DNA of 64,000 nucleotides from Escherichia coli (GTDB lineage Bacteria; Pseudomonadota; Gammaproteobacteria; Enterobacterales; Enterobacteriaceae): NCBI RefSeq assembly GCF_001677475.2, contig NZ_CP015229.1; one strand, 5' to 3'. Shown piece by piece: positions 21,782 to 31,136 of this stretch (position 1 is its first letter; each line of letters starts with the position of its first letter). The notes under the pieces were generated by a model. It saw only the letters and a program-made list of their open reading frames with translations, ran no database searches and was not told where the DNA came from. The position numbers and the translations under genes were made by a program.

Positions 21782-22861
21782 GTGCGCCAGGCGGCCTACG
21801 CGCTCAAGCTGTTGCAGTCGGACGGGGAACTGACCATCGCCAGTACGGGCAAGGATGACGCCAGCGGTAACCTGGTCACCAAACAGTATACGGTGAAAGG
21901 CCCGGTGATGCTGATGCTGACCACCACCGCCATCGATGTTGACGAGGAGTTACTCAACCGCTGTCTGGTGCTGACGGTGAACGAATCGCGGGAACAGACG
22001 GAAGCTATCCACGCGGCGCAGCGTTACGCGCAGACGCTGGAAGGACTGCTGGCGGCTAACGAAAAAAGTTACATCACGCAGCTTCACCAGAACGCGCAGC
22101 GGCTGCTGCGCCCGCTCAACGTGGTGAACCCGTTCGCCTCGCAGCTCACGTTCATGAGCGACAAAACCCGCACCCGGCGCGACCACATGAAATACCTGAC
22201 GCTGATCCAGGCGATCGCCCTGCTGCACCAGTACCAGCGGGAGATCAAGCGCGTGGAGCATCGCGGGCAGGTGGTGGAGTACATCGAGGTCACGCGGGAG
22301 GACATCGCCCTGGCGAACCGCCTGGCACATGAAATACTCGGGCGCACCCTGGATGAAATGCCGCCGCAGACGCGCAAACTGTTAACCCTGATCCAGCAAT
22401 GGGTGAGCGACAGCGGTCAGGCGCGTGAGGCGATGCGGTTCACCCGTAAACAACTGCGTGACGCGGTACAGTGGGGCGACACGCAGCTCAAGATCCACCT
22501 GGCGCGGCTGGTCGAAATGGAATATCTGCTGGTCCACCGTCTCGGGCTGACGTTCTGCTATGAACTGCTGTTCGACGGGGACGGCAGCGCAGACACCGCG
22601 CACCTGTGCGGGCTGATCGACGTACCGGAACCACCGTATGACGTCGCCCGGTCGGGGGAAACGGTGAAGCAGCTGGCCTCTGGTCGGGCAGTGGTCGGCG
22701 GTCAGTCGGGTAAGGAAAAAACCGCCTCAGACCAGACACCACGAGGCTTACAGGCCGGAGCGGTCGGGGCAGAGGAAAAAGCCCTGTTCCGGCAGAACGC
22801 AAAAAAACCGTCCCGCAATCATACTGCGGCCCGTCCGGGCCGGAGCAACACGGAAGCATAA
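21782..22861 (+). CDS. mobile-element-derived protein, possibly a replication/primase-helicase-like fragment (unclassified, probably N-terminally truncated)
   Basis: 359-aa ORF with balanced composition in a GC-rich insert, followed by a tyrosine recombinase; GTG start with no obvious RBS; family assignment from memory only. Confidence 0.35.
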   Translation: MRQAAYALKLLQSDGELTIASTGKDDASGNLVTKQYTVKGPVMLMLTTTAIDVDEELLNRCLVLTVNESREQTEAIHAAQRYAQTLEGLLAANEKSYITQLHQNAQRLLRPLNVVNPFASQLTFMSDKTRTRRDHMKYLTLIQAIALLHQYQREIKRVEHRGQVVEYIEVTREDIALANRLAHEILGRTLDEMPPQTRKLLTLIQQWVSDSGQAREAMRFTRKQLRDAVQWGDTQLKIHLARLVEMEYLLVHRLGLTFCYELLFDGDGSADTAHLCGLIDVPEPPYDVARSGETVKQLASGRAVVGGQSGKEKTASDQTPRGLQAGAVGAEEKALFRQNAKKPSRNHTAARPGRSNTEA

Positions 22862-23065
22862 GTACGACTTCATCCGGTCGGGGCAACGGCTGCAATAGTC
22901 GGCCCCTGGTCGGCAGTCAGTCGGCGGGTAGTCGGGGTGCGTAAAACCCCCGCAGGCCGCGCCCGGCAAGGTTCAGGCCATGAAGCGGTCGGCCTGCCTG
23001 AAAATCACTGTTCCATCCTCTGTTCTTCTCTCTGTCGTACCGTAATCTCAATCAGGACAATCATC

Positions 23066-24095
23066 ATGACAAAACCCATCCCTCCGGGGCCGGAGGAACT
23101 TTACCTCAGCCGCCAGAACCTGACGCAGCGCCAGTATGTGGTGGTGTGGCTGGAATACCTGACGGCACAGAACTACAGCGCGATCAGCGTAAGCGACTAT
23201 CGCGAACGGGTGTTACCGTTCGTGACATGGTGTGAGGAGCGCGGGCTGATGTACGCGCCGCAGGTCAGCCAGCCGCAGCTTGAAAGCTATCAGCGCCACC
23301 TTCACGGCTACCGTAAGGCGGACGGCCATCCGCTGGCGGTCAGCGGTCAGGTGGGCCGGATAAGCGCGATAAAAATCTTTTACCGCTGGCTGCTGAAGCG
23401 GCATGTGATCCTGTACAACCCCGCCGATCTGCTGGAACTGCCAAAGCCGGACAAACGGCTTCCGGCGCAGGTGTTCAGTAAGGGCGAGACGCGGCAGGTG
23501 TTACAGAGCCTTGATATCAACACGCCCGTTGGCCTGCGCAACCGGACAATCCTTGAGGTGCTGTGGAGTACCGGGATCAGGCGGATGGAGCTGGCCAGCC
23601 TGATGTTGTGGGATGTTGACACCGGGCGCGGTGTGGTTAACGTGCGGCAGGGTAAGGGGCGTAAGGATCGGGTGGTTCCGGTGGGCCATGTGGCGCTGGG
23701 ATGGCTGGCAAGACGTGCGACCACAGATGACGCGCCAGCGCGACAGTGGTCATCTGTTCGTGACGAAATACGGCAGCGGGATGAAACGCAACACGCTGAC
23801 GGCGATGGCAGGCACCGCGATCCGGGAAACGGCACGGATCGACAAACCGGGCGCGTGCCATATCTTCCGGCACTCGATGGCGACGCAGATGCTGGACAAT
23901 GGCGCAGACACGCGGCATATCCAGGCGATCCTCGGCCATGAGAAGCTGGAGACGACGCAGATCTACACGAAGGTGGCCATAAAGCCGTTGCAGAAGGTTC
24001 ATGCGCGGACGCACCCGGCAGAGAAGCGGCGAAGGGAAAAGCGCGTGCAGCAGCCGGACGAGGCCACCGTATCGCCGGACAGCCTGAAAAGTTAG
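23066..24095 (+). pseudogene. tyrosine recombinase/integrase (XerC/D-like) with a frameshift near 23720
   Basis: N-terminal part in frame of ORF 22937..23941 (MTKPIPPGPEELYLSRQNLTQRQYV… to …[11 protein letters not shown]); C-terminal catalytic part in ORF 23613..24095 (…[17 protein letters not shown]…[39 protein letters not shown]) in another frame; AGGA RBS before ATG 23066. Confidence 0.7.
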
Positions 24096-25002
24096 GTGGC
24101 GATCCCTGTAAGGCCGTGGGGTGCGGTGCAGGGCAGACAACCGCCTTCCCTGGCGGTTGACTGCCCCCTGCCAGCGGCGTGCGCGGGGGTAAATGCCGTC
24201 CGCCCCGTGGAGGCAGCCGCGCCCCATGCGACCATGCAGCACGGGGCAAACGTCATTCAACATAATGCGGATTATGCGCACTCTCGCCGGTCGGCAATGA
24301 CGGCGAACCCGATCCGCTGTGCGCGGCTCGTGTTCGCACAATCCGCATTATGTCTGACGCCCCCGCGTTCAGCCCCGTGGTCCGTGCAGCGCAAAGCTTC
24401 GCTGGCGCTCCGCTCTGCTGCCGGGTGCGGTGTTCTTCTGTGGCCCCGCAGTCGCCGCCATCCCTGGCGGCTCCGGTGCCGTTCTGCGGCAGCGTCATCG
24501 TGTGGCAGTCAGTCAGAAAAGGGTGTCGGCCTGGCGGCCTCCGCTTGTAAGGGCTTTATGCCCGCCCGGCGTCGTCTGGCTGCGGCGGCTCGTGCCGCGC
24601 AAAAAGGCCGCGCGTCACTCGTTCCCGCCTCGCCAGCTTCCGCTGCCCGCCCCGGTCAGGTGTGGTCATGCAAAGGCAACCCCCGGTCAGGCAGCGGTGC
24701 CACAGAGCGCCGTTCCGTCGCTTGCGGACTCTCTGCCGCCCGCACCCGCAGACCCCGCGCCGTGGCCCCGCCATGCCGCCGGAGGCGTCCTGGCGGCCCC
24801 CCGTCACGGGGTGCCGGAAACGGACTTAGTGGAAAGCGGAATGACAGGCGGTGGTGGTGGTGCTATGGTGAGCGGGCGTGAAAATGCGCGTCGGGAAAGT
24901 CGGGTTAACGTGCTGTTAAATAAGTAAAAGGTGATAGCCGGGAAGCCAGAAACGGCGCGGGCGGTAGCGTGTTAAAAAGTGTGACCTGCACCGGATCGTT
25001 CC

Positions 25003-25515
25003 GATGACCCGATAGGACTGCGGGGTGGATTAAATCTCTATCAATATGCGCCGAATCCGTTGAGCTATATTGATCCTCTTGGCCTTTGTAAATTAAGGGG
25101 AAGTAATGGGCGCTTCAGAAGTGCTCAGAATATTCAGGAAGAAATAGGCGGACTACCTAATTTTTCAGGGAAGACTCCAGGGCAAATACGACAAACTTTG
25201 CGTAATCGAGTTTATTCGTCGGTACAAGCGCATAGTGGTGGAGAGGTCTGGACAAAAGCATTACCTGACGGAAATACTGTTGCTGTGAGAATTGACCCGG
25301 CAAATCCTCGCTCACCTTCACATTATGCTGATGCTGTGCCTCATGCTCATATTGAAACAGTTCCAACGTCCAGTGTTTCTAATGGGAATTATCGCCCACG
25401 AGACGTGACTGGCAGGCATACTGCCACTGGTGGGATTTCTGACCGAGGAACGAATCCGAATCATAATGCTGATGTTCACATTCCAATGTCTCCGGGACGA
25501 TTCCCATATAATTAA
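25003..25515 (+). CDS. orphan Rhs C-terminal toxin cassette A (starts at the DPIGL core tail; no ATG, in-frame TTG at 25060)
   Basis: In-frame [28 protein letters not shown] followed by a unique about 140-aa tail; frame opens after a stop at about 24982. Confidence 0.65.
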   Translation, partial: DDPIGLRGGLNLYQYAPNPLSYIDPLGLCKLRGSNGRFRSAQNIQEEIGGLPNFSGKTPGQIRQTLRNRVYSSVQAHSGGEVWTKALPDGNTVAVRIDPANPRSPSHYADAVPHAHIETVPTSSVSNGNYRPRDVTGRHTATGGISDRGTNPNHNADVHIPMSPGRFPYN

Positions 25516-25526
25516 TGTGAGGTTTT

Positions 25527-25790
25527 ATGAATATCCGAAATCAATATAATGAAGCCTTAAATAAATTAGAAGTTGATGTTAATGATGGTTTAAGAGATTT
25601 AATAAACATATATTGTGTAGCTATTGATTCTTTTGAAAATGATATCGTTGACTCGATTGCTTTATACGTGATTGATATGGGAAATAAAGATACTTGTCGA
25701 TATCTACAAGAAATATTATCAGAGAATGAAGATCCTTATTTAGTAAAAGAATTTAATGCATGGATGAAAGAAATTAAGAAAAAATATTAA
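25527..25790 (+). CDS. putative immunity protein for orphan toxin A (87 aa)
   Basis: AT-rich small ORF immediately after the toxin; followed by the cassette terminator. Confidence 0.65.
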   Translation: MNIRNQYNEALNKLEVDVNDGLRDLINIYCVAIDSFENDIVDSIALYVIDMGNKDTCRYLQEILSENEDPYLVKEFNAWMKEIKKKY

Positions 25791-25793
25791 AAT

Positions 25794-25832
25794 AAAAGCC
25801 GGGACGGTTATTAAATCTTCCCGGCTTTTTTA
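25794..25832. terminator. intrinsic terminator closing cassette A
   Basis: AAAAGCCGGGacggttattaaatcTTCCCGGCTTTTTTATT. Confidence 0.7.
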
Positions 25833-25836
25833 TTAC

Positions 25837-26070
25837 TTAACTTTCGTTCAGCACACTAAACATCCCGTCACGCATTCCCTTAACCGCCTGTTTAACCAGA
25901 TAAAGTTCCCTGCGCAGTTCCTGTACTTCGTTGTTATCCGCAAGCAGGATCAGACATCCTTCCGAGATCTTCACGGTGACGCCCGTGCCGATCTCAAATC
26001 CCGCTTCTCTCAGCCATTTTGCGCTGATTTTGATTACCGGCGTGTCGCTGCGGTTGGGCAGATAACCCAC
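25837..26070 (-). CDS. SymE-family protein, copy 2 (77 aa from a GTG; 5' region differs from copy 1)
   Basis: MGYLPNRSDTPVIKISAKWLREAGFEIGTGVTVKISEGCLILLADNNEVQELRRELYLVKQAVKGMRDGMFSVLNES; same fold motif as copy 1. Confidence 0.6.
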   Translation of the reverse strand: MGYLPNRSDTPVIKISAKWLREAGFEIGTGVTVKISEGCLILLADNNEVQELRRELYLVKQAVKGMRDGMFSVLNES

Positions 26071-26376
26071 GGTACAGTGGCGCTGTGTTTTGGAAATGAT
26101 ATTCTTATATTTAATCTGCTGATTAGATAGTAAAATTAACTTCGTGCAGATAGCTTACTTTATCAGGGTGCGGCGGTAGTGTATGAACTATGACGTGATG
26201 GTTTTAGTGATTTATATACGAAAATGACAGTACGATCCGGACTTCGAATAGATTGCGCGATTTGACCCGATAGGGCTGGCGGGGGGATTAAATCTCTATC
26301 AATATGCGCCTAATCCGTTAAGTTATATTGATCCACTTGGATTGTGTCCTAAAACTGACTTTAAATGGGGAAATCC

Positions 26377-27666
26377 CAGGGAAAGATCACGTAATGCTGC
26401 TTTTTTGTACTAAACAATTCGCATTTTATGTTTAAAAATTGAGATATTCCTCATTACATAAAGCTGTTTTTTATTGCTTATACATGATCAAATACTCCTT
26501 ACATAATTAAGGAGAACAAAATGGAACTTAAAAAATTGATGGAACATATTTCTATTATCCCCGATTACAGACAAGCCTGGAAAGTGGAACATAAATTATC
26601 GGATATTCTACTGTTGACTATTTGTGCCGTTATTTCGGGTGCAGAAGGCTGGGAAGATATAGAGGATTTTGGGGAAACACATCTCGATTTTTTGAAGCAA
26701 TATGGTGATTTTGATAATGGTATTCCTGTTCACGATACCATTGCCAGAGTTGTATCCTGTATCAGTCCTGCAAAATTTCACGAGTGCTTTATTAACTGGA
26801 TGCGTGACTGCCATTCTTCAGATGATAAAGACGTCATCGCAATTGATGGAAAAACGCTCCGGCATTCTTATGACAAGAGTCGCCGCAGGGGAGCGATTCA
26901 TGTCATTAGTGCGTTCTCAACAATGCACAGTCTGGTCATCGGACAGATCAGGACGGATGAGAAATCAAATGAAATTACAGCTATCCCTGAACTTCTTAAC
27001 ATGCTGGATATTAAAGGAAAAATCATCACAACTGATGCGATGGGTTGCCAGAAAGATATTGCAGAGAAGATACAAAAACAGGGAGGTGATTATTTATTCG
27101 CTGTAAAAGGAAACCAGGGGCGGCTAAATAAAGCCTTTGAGGAAAAATTCCCACTGAAAGAATTAAATAATCCAGAGCATGACAGTTACGCAATTAGTGA
27201 AAAGAGTCACGGCAGAGAAGAAATCCGTCTTCACATTGTTTGCGATGTCCCTGATGAACTTATTGATTTCACGTTTGAATGGAAAGGACTGAAGAAATTA
27301 TGCGTGGCAGTCTCCTTTCGGTCAATAATAGCAGAACAAAAGAAAGAGCCAGAAATGACGGTCAGATATTATATCAGTTCTGCTGATTTAACCGCAGAGA
27401 AGTTCGCCACAGCAATCCGAAACCACTGGCACGTGGAGAATAAGCTGCACTGGCGTCTGGACGTGGTAATGAATGAAGACGACTGCAAAATAAGAAGAGG
27501 AAACGCCGCAGAATTATTTTCAGGGATACGGCACATCGCTATTAATATTTTAACGAATGATAAGGTATTCAAGGCAGGGTTAAGACGTAAGATGCGAAAA
27601 GCAGCCATGGACAGAAACTATCTCGCGTCAGTCCTTGCGGGGAGCGGGCTTTCGTAATCTTGCCCT
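26377..27666 (+). mobile_element. H-repeat (ISAs1-family) insertion element, copy 1, flanked by a 10-bp target-site duplication (26367..26376 and 27667..27676)
   Basis: Ends CAGGGAAAGATCACG / CGTAATCTTGCCCTG form an imperfect inverted repeat; GGGGAAATCC on both flanks; about 1.29 kb with one transposase ORF; coordinates hand-derived. Confidence 0.75.
26521..27657 (+). CDS. H-repeat-associated (ISAs1-family) transposase, 378 aa
   Basis: [65 protein letters not shown]…; matches the H-rpt protein family (YbfL/YbfD/YhhI-like). Confidence 0.85.
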   Translation: MELKKLMEHISIIPDYRQAWKVEHKLSDILLLTICAVISGAEGWEDIEDFGETHLDFLKQYGDFDNGIPVHDTIARVVSCISPAKFHECFINWMRDCHSSDDKDVIAIDGKTLRHSYDKSRRRGAIHVISAFSTMHSLVIGQIRTDEKSNEITAIPELLNMLDIKGKIITTDAMGCQKDIAEKIQKQGGDYLFAVKGNQGRLNKAFEEKFPLKELNNPEHDSYAISEKSHGREEIRLHIVCDVPDELIDFTFEWKGLKKLCVAVSFRSIIAEQKKEPEMTVRYYISSADLTAEKFATAIRNHWHVENKLHWRLDVVMNEDDCKIRRGNAAELFSGIRHIAINILTNDKVFKAGLRRKMRKAAMDRNYLASVLAGSGLS

Positions 27667-28010
27667 GGGGGAAATCCAAAAAGTAAGCCTACATACGGTC
27701 ACACATTTTCTGAACACGGACAGAAAATGAAACCAAGTCAGTTAATTGATCGTGCCAGAAATAAAGGTCATCAAGTAGGACAATATCTCGATGATAATTC
27801 TGCTGCTGATTTTATTGCTTCTGTTGCCAAAAAAGGTCCGGGTGTGCATGATGTGCCATTGCCTACAAATATAAAAGGTCGAGGTTATTTGCCTGATGGG
27901 ACAGAGGTCGTTCCAGATATGGCAAGGGTTGTTGTAAAACCCGATGGTTCTGTACGAACATCGTTCCCATTCAATTCATCACACACCAACTAAAGTAATG
28001 AAGGGTATAT

Positions 28011-28391
28011 ATGAATGAAATAGATAAGATCTGTAGTGAACTTGGCGTACCAGTTGGTGATAAGTTTACACAAGATTGGGCTTATGAACTGCCTGAAAAA
28101 TATCGAACTAAAGAGTGGCTAAGTAAATACATTGCTGCATACTTAAACAATGGCTACTCCCAAAAAGGGAAGACTGAATTAATGACTTTAGCCCTTGATG
28201 TCTGTAATGATTTATTATCTTCTGGAGTACCCCCATCAGATGAGGTTATTATAAAAGTACTCAACGCCCTGCGTGATAATTACAAAAATCATATAGATCT
28301 TATTAATTATTGGTCCTTGGATGATGAATCTTTAGATGACAGTTTTGCATTAACTCCTGAAATAAGGGAGCTAAAAAGAAGATTGATTTAG
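28011..28391 (+). CDS. putative immunity protein for orphan toxin B (126 aa)
   Basis: AT-rich ORF 17 bp after the reconstructed toxin stop; followed by the cassette terminator. Confidence 0.65.
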   Translation: MNEIDKICSELGVPVGDKFTQDWAYELPEKYRTKEWLSKYIAAYLNNGYSQKGKTELMTLALDVCNDLLSSGVPPSDEVIIKVLNALRDNYKNHIDLINYWSLDDESLDDSFALTPEIRELKRRLI

Positions 28392-28415
28392 GATTATAAT
28401 ATTATTAAGTTATAA

Positions 28416-28448
28416 AAAGCCGGGAATATAATCTTCCCGGCTTTTTTA
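28416..28448. terminator. intrinsic terminator closing cassette B
   Basis: AAAAAGCCGGGaatataatcTTCCCGGCTTTTTTATT. Confidence 0.7.
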
Positions 28449-28452
28449 TTAT

Positions 28453-28695
28453 TTAACTCTCGTTCAGCACACTAAACATCCCGTCACGCATCCCCTTAAC
28501 CGCCTGTTTAACCTGATAAAGTTCCCTGCGCAGTTCCTGTACTTCGTTGTTATCCGCGAGCAGGATCAGGCAACCTTCCGAGATCTTCACGGTAACGCCC
28601 GTACCGATCTCAAATCCCGCTTCTCTCAGCCATTTGGCGCTGATTTTGATCACCGGCGTGTCGCTGCGGTTGGGCAGATGCTGCGCTGGCAGCAC
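28453..28695 (-). CDS. SymE-family protein, copy 3 (80 aa; 5' end abuts an Rhs core fragment, probably truncated)
   Basis: MLPAQHLPNRSDTPVIKISAKWLREAGFEIGTGVTVKISEGCLILLADNNEVQELRRELYQVKQAVKGMRDGMFSVLNES; upstream sequence is antisense Rhs core DNA. Confidence 0.55.
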   Translation of the reverse strand: MLPAQHLPNRSDTPVIKISAKWLREAGFEIGTGVTVKISEGCLILLADNNEVQELRRELYQVKQAVKGMRDGMFSVLNES

Positions 28696-28745
28696 GACGG
28701 CAGAGCCAGACGTACCGTTACAACGCGCTGAACGCGGTCACGGAA

Positions 28746-30518
28746 GTGGTGTTCACCGGGGACCGGGGCGGTGAAATCCGCCACCGGCTGGCACGTGATG
28801 CGGCGGGCCGGCTCACGGCAAAGGAGACAGCCGATAGCCGAACGGAATACGTCCATGATGCGGCAGACCAGCTACTGGAAATCCGCCGCCGACGGTCGGA
28901 TGCCGGGGAAATGGACGCACCGGAGATTATCCGTTTCAGTTACGACAGACTGGGGCGGATGCTGACTGAGGAGACGGCGCAGGGCGTCCTGACCCATCAG
29001 TACGATGAACTCAGCAACCGGACAGCCACCACCTTTCCGGACGGCAGAACGCAGCGTCATCTGTACTACGGCAGCGGCCATCTCCAGCAGATAAATCTGG
29101 ACCGGGAGGTCATCAGCGAGTTCACACGTGACGCCCTGCACCGGGAAGTGCTCAGAAGTCAGGGGCGACTGAGCACGCGGCAGCTTTATGACCCCGCCGG
29201 GCGGCTGAAGCGCAGGGAGACATACAGCGGGATGCGCGGGGTGGTACCGGAGACGTTCACGGACCGGCAGTACAGCTACAGCGGCGAGGATGAACTGCTG
29301 AAGACGCGGCACAGCCGGCGGGGGGAAACGGATTACTTCTACGACCCCACGGGGCGCATCACGGCGTGCCGCTCGGAGGATGAGGGGTATCTGGCGAGCT
29401 GGCAGTACGACGCGGCGGGAAACCTGCTGGGGAGGCGCGCGGGGGAAAGGGCCACGGCAGAAAACAGCGTGGTGCCGTTCAACCGGCTGATGTCTTACCG
29501 TGGTGTGCACTACCGTTATGACGAATTTGGCCGGACGGTGGAAAAGGAGGGCCGGAGCGGCACGCAGAGTTACCGTTATGATGCGGAACACCGGATGGTG
29601 GAAGTGACGACAGCGCGGGGGACATACCGGTATGTGTACGATGCGCTGGGGAGGCGGACGGAAAAACAGCACATCAGCCCTGACGGTAAAGCGTACAACC
29701 GGACGACATTTTTATGGGACGGAATGCGGCTGGCGCAGGAGAGCAGGCCGGAGGGAATAAGTAGCCTGTATATCTACAGCGACCCGGGGAGTTATGAACC
29801 GCTGGCGCGGGTGGATAAGGCGGGCAAAGAGGGCCCGAACCGGATACTGTATTTTCACACGGATGTGAACGGTGCGCCGGAAGAGATGACGGACAGTGAC
29901 GGGAAAATCGTGTGGGAGACGGGGTATCAGGTCTGGGGTAACACGATACAGGAGAAGGACCACGGCGGGGTGGAGCAGAACCTGCGCTACCAGGGACAGT
30001 ACCTCGACAGGGAAACGGGGCTGCACTACAATCTGCACAGGTACTATGATCCGGATGTCGGGCGGTTCATGGTAACGGACCCGATAGGGCTGAGAGGCGG
30101 ATTAAACTTATACCAATACGCGCCTAATCCGTTAAGCTGGATCGATCCTCTTGGATTAAGTGCCGCCTCTGATTTACCTCAATTAAAAGGAAGATCCCCA
30201 GGGGCAATAGGTTCTATTCTTACTGATAATGGATTCAATTTAGATAAACAAACAAGTACCGGGAATCAGACTTGGAGCCACGCCGATGGTTCTAAAGTTC
30301 GTGTCGATCCCTATGGAAACCAAAGTATGACTATGAAAAACGGTGATCCATTACCGAAATCAGGAGCTAACGCACATGTGCATAAATATGATCCCGGTGA
30401 GATACCGCTGAATGACAGAGGCATTCCGAGTACAAATCCAAATGAAACACATATAGGGATCAGGAATCCAAATGATTATTCTACAAAACGAGGGCGGGCC
30501 CATGGGTGCGGCGTATAA
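28746..30518 (+). CDS. orphan Rhs fragment C: about 1.4 kb of Rhs core plus a distinct C-terminal toxin (about 30141..30515)
   Basis: 590-aa ORF; the first about 465 aa nearly identical to residues about 970-1430 of the main Rhs (VFTGDRGGEIRHRLARDAAGRL…[27 protein letters not shown]), then a unique tail SAASDLPQLKGRSPG…ANAHVHKYD…. Confidence 0.8.
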   Translation: MVFTGDRGGEIRHRLARDAAGRLTAKETADSRTEYVHDAADQLLEIRRRRSDAGEMDAPEIIRFSYDRLGRMLTEETAQGVLTHQYDELSNRTATTFPDGRTQRHLYYGSGHLQQINLDREVISEFTRDALHREVLRSQGRLSTRQLYDPAGRLKRRETYSGMRGVVPETFTDRQYSYSGEDELLKTRHSRRGETDYFYDPTGRITACRSEDEGYLASWQYDAAGNLLGRRAGERATAENSVVPFNRLMSYRGVHYRYDEFGRTVEKEGRSGTQSYRYDAEHRMVEVTTARGTYRYVYDALGRRTEKQHISPDGKAYNRTTFLWDGMRLAQESRPEGISSLYIYSDPGSYEPLARVDKAGKEGPNRILYFHTDVNGAPEEMTDSDGKIVWETGYQVWGNTIQEKDHGGVEQNLRYQGQYLDRETGLHYNLHRYYDPDVGRFMVTDPIGLRGGLNLYQYAPNPLSWIDPLGLSAASDLPQLKGRSPGAIGSILTDNGFNLDKQTSTGNQTWSHADGSKVRVDPYGNQSMTMKNGDPLPKSGANAHVHKYDPGEIPLNDRGIPSTNPNETHIGIRNPNDYSTKRGRAHGCGV

Positions 30519-30530
30519 GGTAAGAAATTA

Positions 30531-30815
30531 ATGAGTGTTGAATATGTTATACATGTCGATGATAAAGTAGATAATTTACTTTCTTTTATTGTCGAGAGAA
30601 TAAAGGAAAATCAACCATCCTCTCGAATTAATACTGACGGTTCACTTTGGATTCCATCTAGCTATTCAAATTGGATTGATTTTTCAATAGAAGACCATGA
30701 GGATGGTTTTTTTATTGTAAATAATTTAAATGGAAGTGATAGAGATAAATTATTTTCACTGATATTTACTGCCTTTCATGAATTATCTATAAAATATGAA
30801 ATAGAAGAAGTCTAA
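30531..30815 (+). CDS. putative immunity protein for orphan toxin C (94 aa)
   Basis: AT-rich ORF 12 bp after the toxin stop. Confidence 0.65.
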   Translation: MSVEYVIHVDDKVDNLLSFIVERIKENQPSSRINTDGSLWIPSSYSNWIDFSIEDHEDGFFIVNNLNGSDRDKLFSLIFTAFHELSIKYEIEEV

Positions 30816-30817
30816 TG

Positions 30818-30900
30818 AAAGCCGGGTTTTTGGACTGACCCCATAAAGTTGGACACCCAACTGATTAAGGTGCAGTCCAACATATTCCCGGCTTTTTATT
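30818..30900. terminator. cassette C terminator whose hairpin loop carries a palindromic insert of about 51 bp
   Basis: AAAGCCGGG [tttttGGACTGACCccataaagttggacacccaactgattaaGGTGCAGTCCaacata] TTCCCGGCTTTTTATT; arms identical to the other cassette terminators. Confidence 0.55.
30830..30880. repeat. miniature inverted-repeat insert (MITE-like) inside the terminator loop
   Basis: Terminal inverted repeats TTGGACTGACC / GGTGCAGTCCAA; resembles the IS150-like terminal repeats at 35621 and 37052. Confidence 0.45.
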
Positions 30901-30902
30901 AT

Positions 30903-31136
30903 TTAACTCTCGTTCAGTACACTAAATATCCCGTCACGCATACCCTTAACCACCTGTTTAACCTGATAAAGTTCCCTGCGCAGTTCCTGTACTTCGTTGT
31001 TATCTGCAAGCAGGATCTGGCAGCCTTCCGAGATCTTCACGGTAACGCCCGTGCCGATCTCAAATCCCGCTTCTCTCAGCCATTTTGCGCTGATTTTGAT
31101 TACCGGCGTGTCGCTGCGGTTGGGCAGATAACCCAC
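30903..31136 (-). CDS. SymE-family protein, copy 4 (77 aa)
   Basis: MGYLPNRSDTPVIKISAKWLREAGFEIGTGVTVKISEGCQILLADNNEVQELRRELYQVKQVVKGMRDGIFSVLNES. Confidence 0.6.
   Translation of the reverse strand: MGYLPNRSDTPVIKISAKWLREAGFEIGTGVTVKISEGCQILLADNNEVQELRRELYQVKQVVKGMRDGIFSVLNES

Larger units (their letters stand above)
26264..27993 (+). pseudogene. orphan Rhs C-terminal toxin cassette B, interrupted by an H-repeat element (5' part 26264..26376, 3' part 27667..27993)
   Basis: Removing the element and one copy of the GGGGAAATCC duplication restores one ORF: …[69 protein letters not shown]…SSHTN. Confidence 0.75.

Noticed and set aside
21600-21790. Short minus-strand reading frame ending …KELCKQVDELKADDQEVICRILDMAITQEKMKQVMKVMR, antisense to the start of the 359-aa ORF
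   Set aside because: Under 60 codons, no start identified, and overlaps a longer ORF with better composition; cannot tell which strand is coding without homology search
24096-24927. 261-aa and 165-aa plus-strand ORFs (and minus-strand ORFs) in the GC-rich segment after the recombinase
   Set aside because: Translations are Arg/Ala/Pro-rich with no recognisable domain, and overlapping ORFs occur in several frames; consistent with non-coding GC-rich DNA. The inverted repeat inside it is reported separately
26608-27106. Small ORFs inside H-repeat copy 1 (68 aa minus strand, 134 aa plus strand) and their equivalents in copy 2
   Set aside because: Internal to the transposase gene on alternative frames or strands; no support
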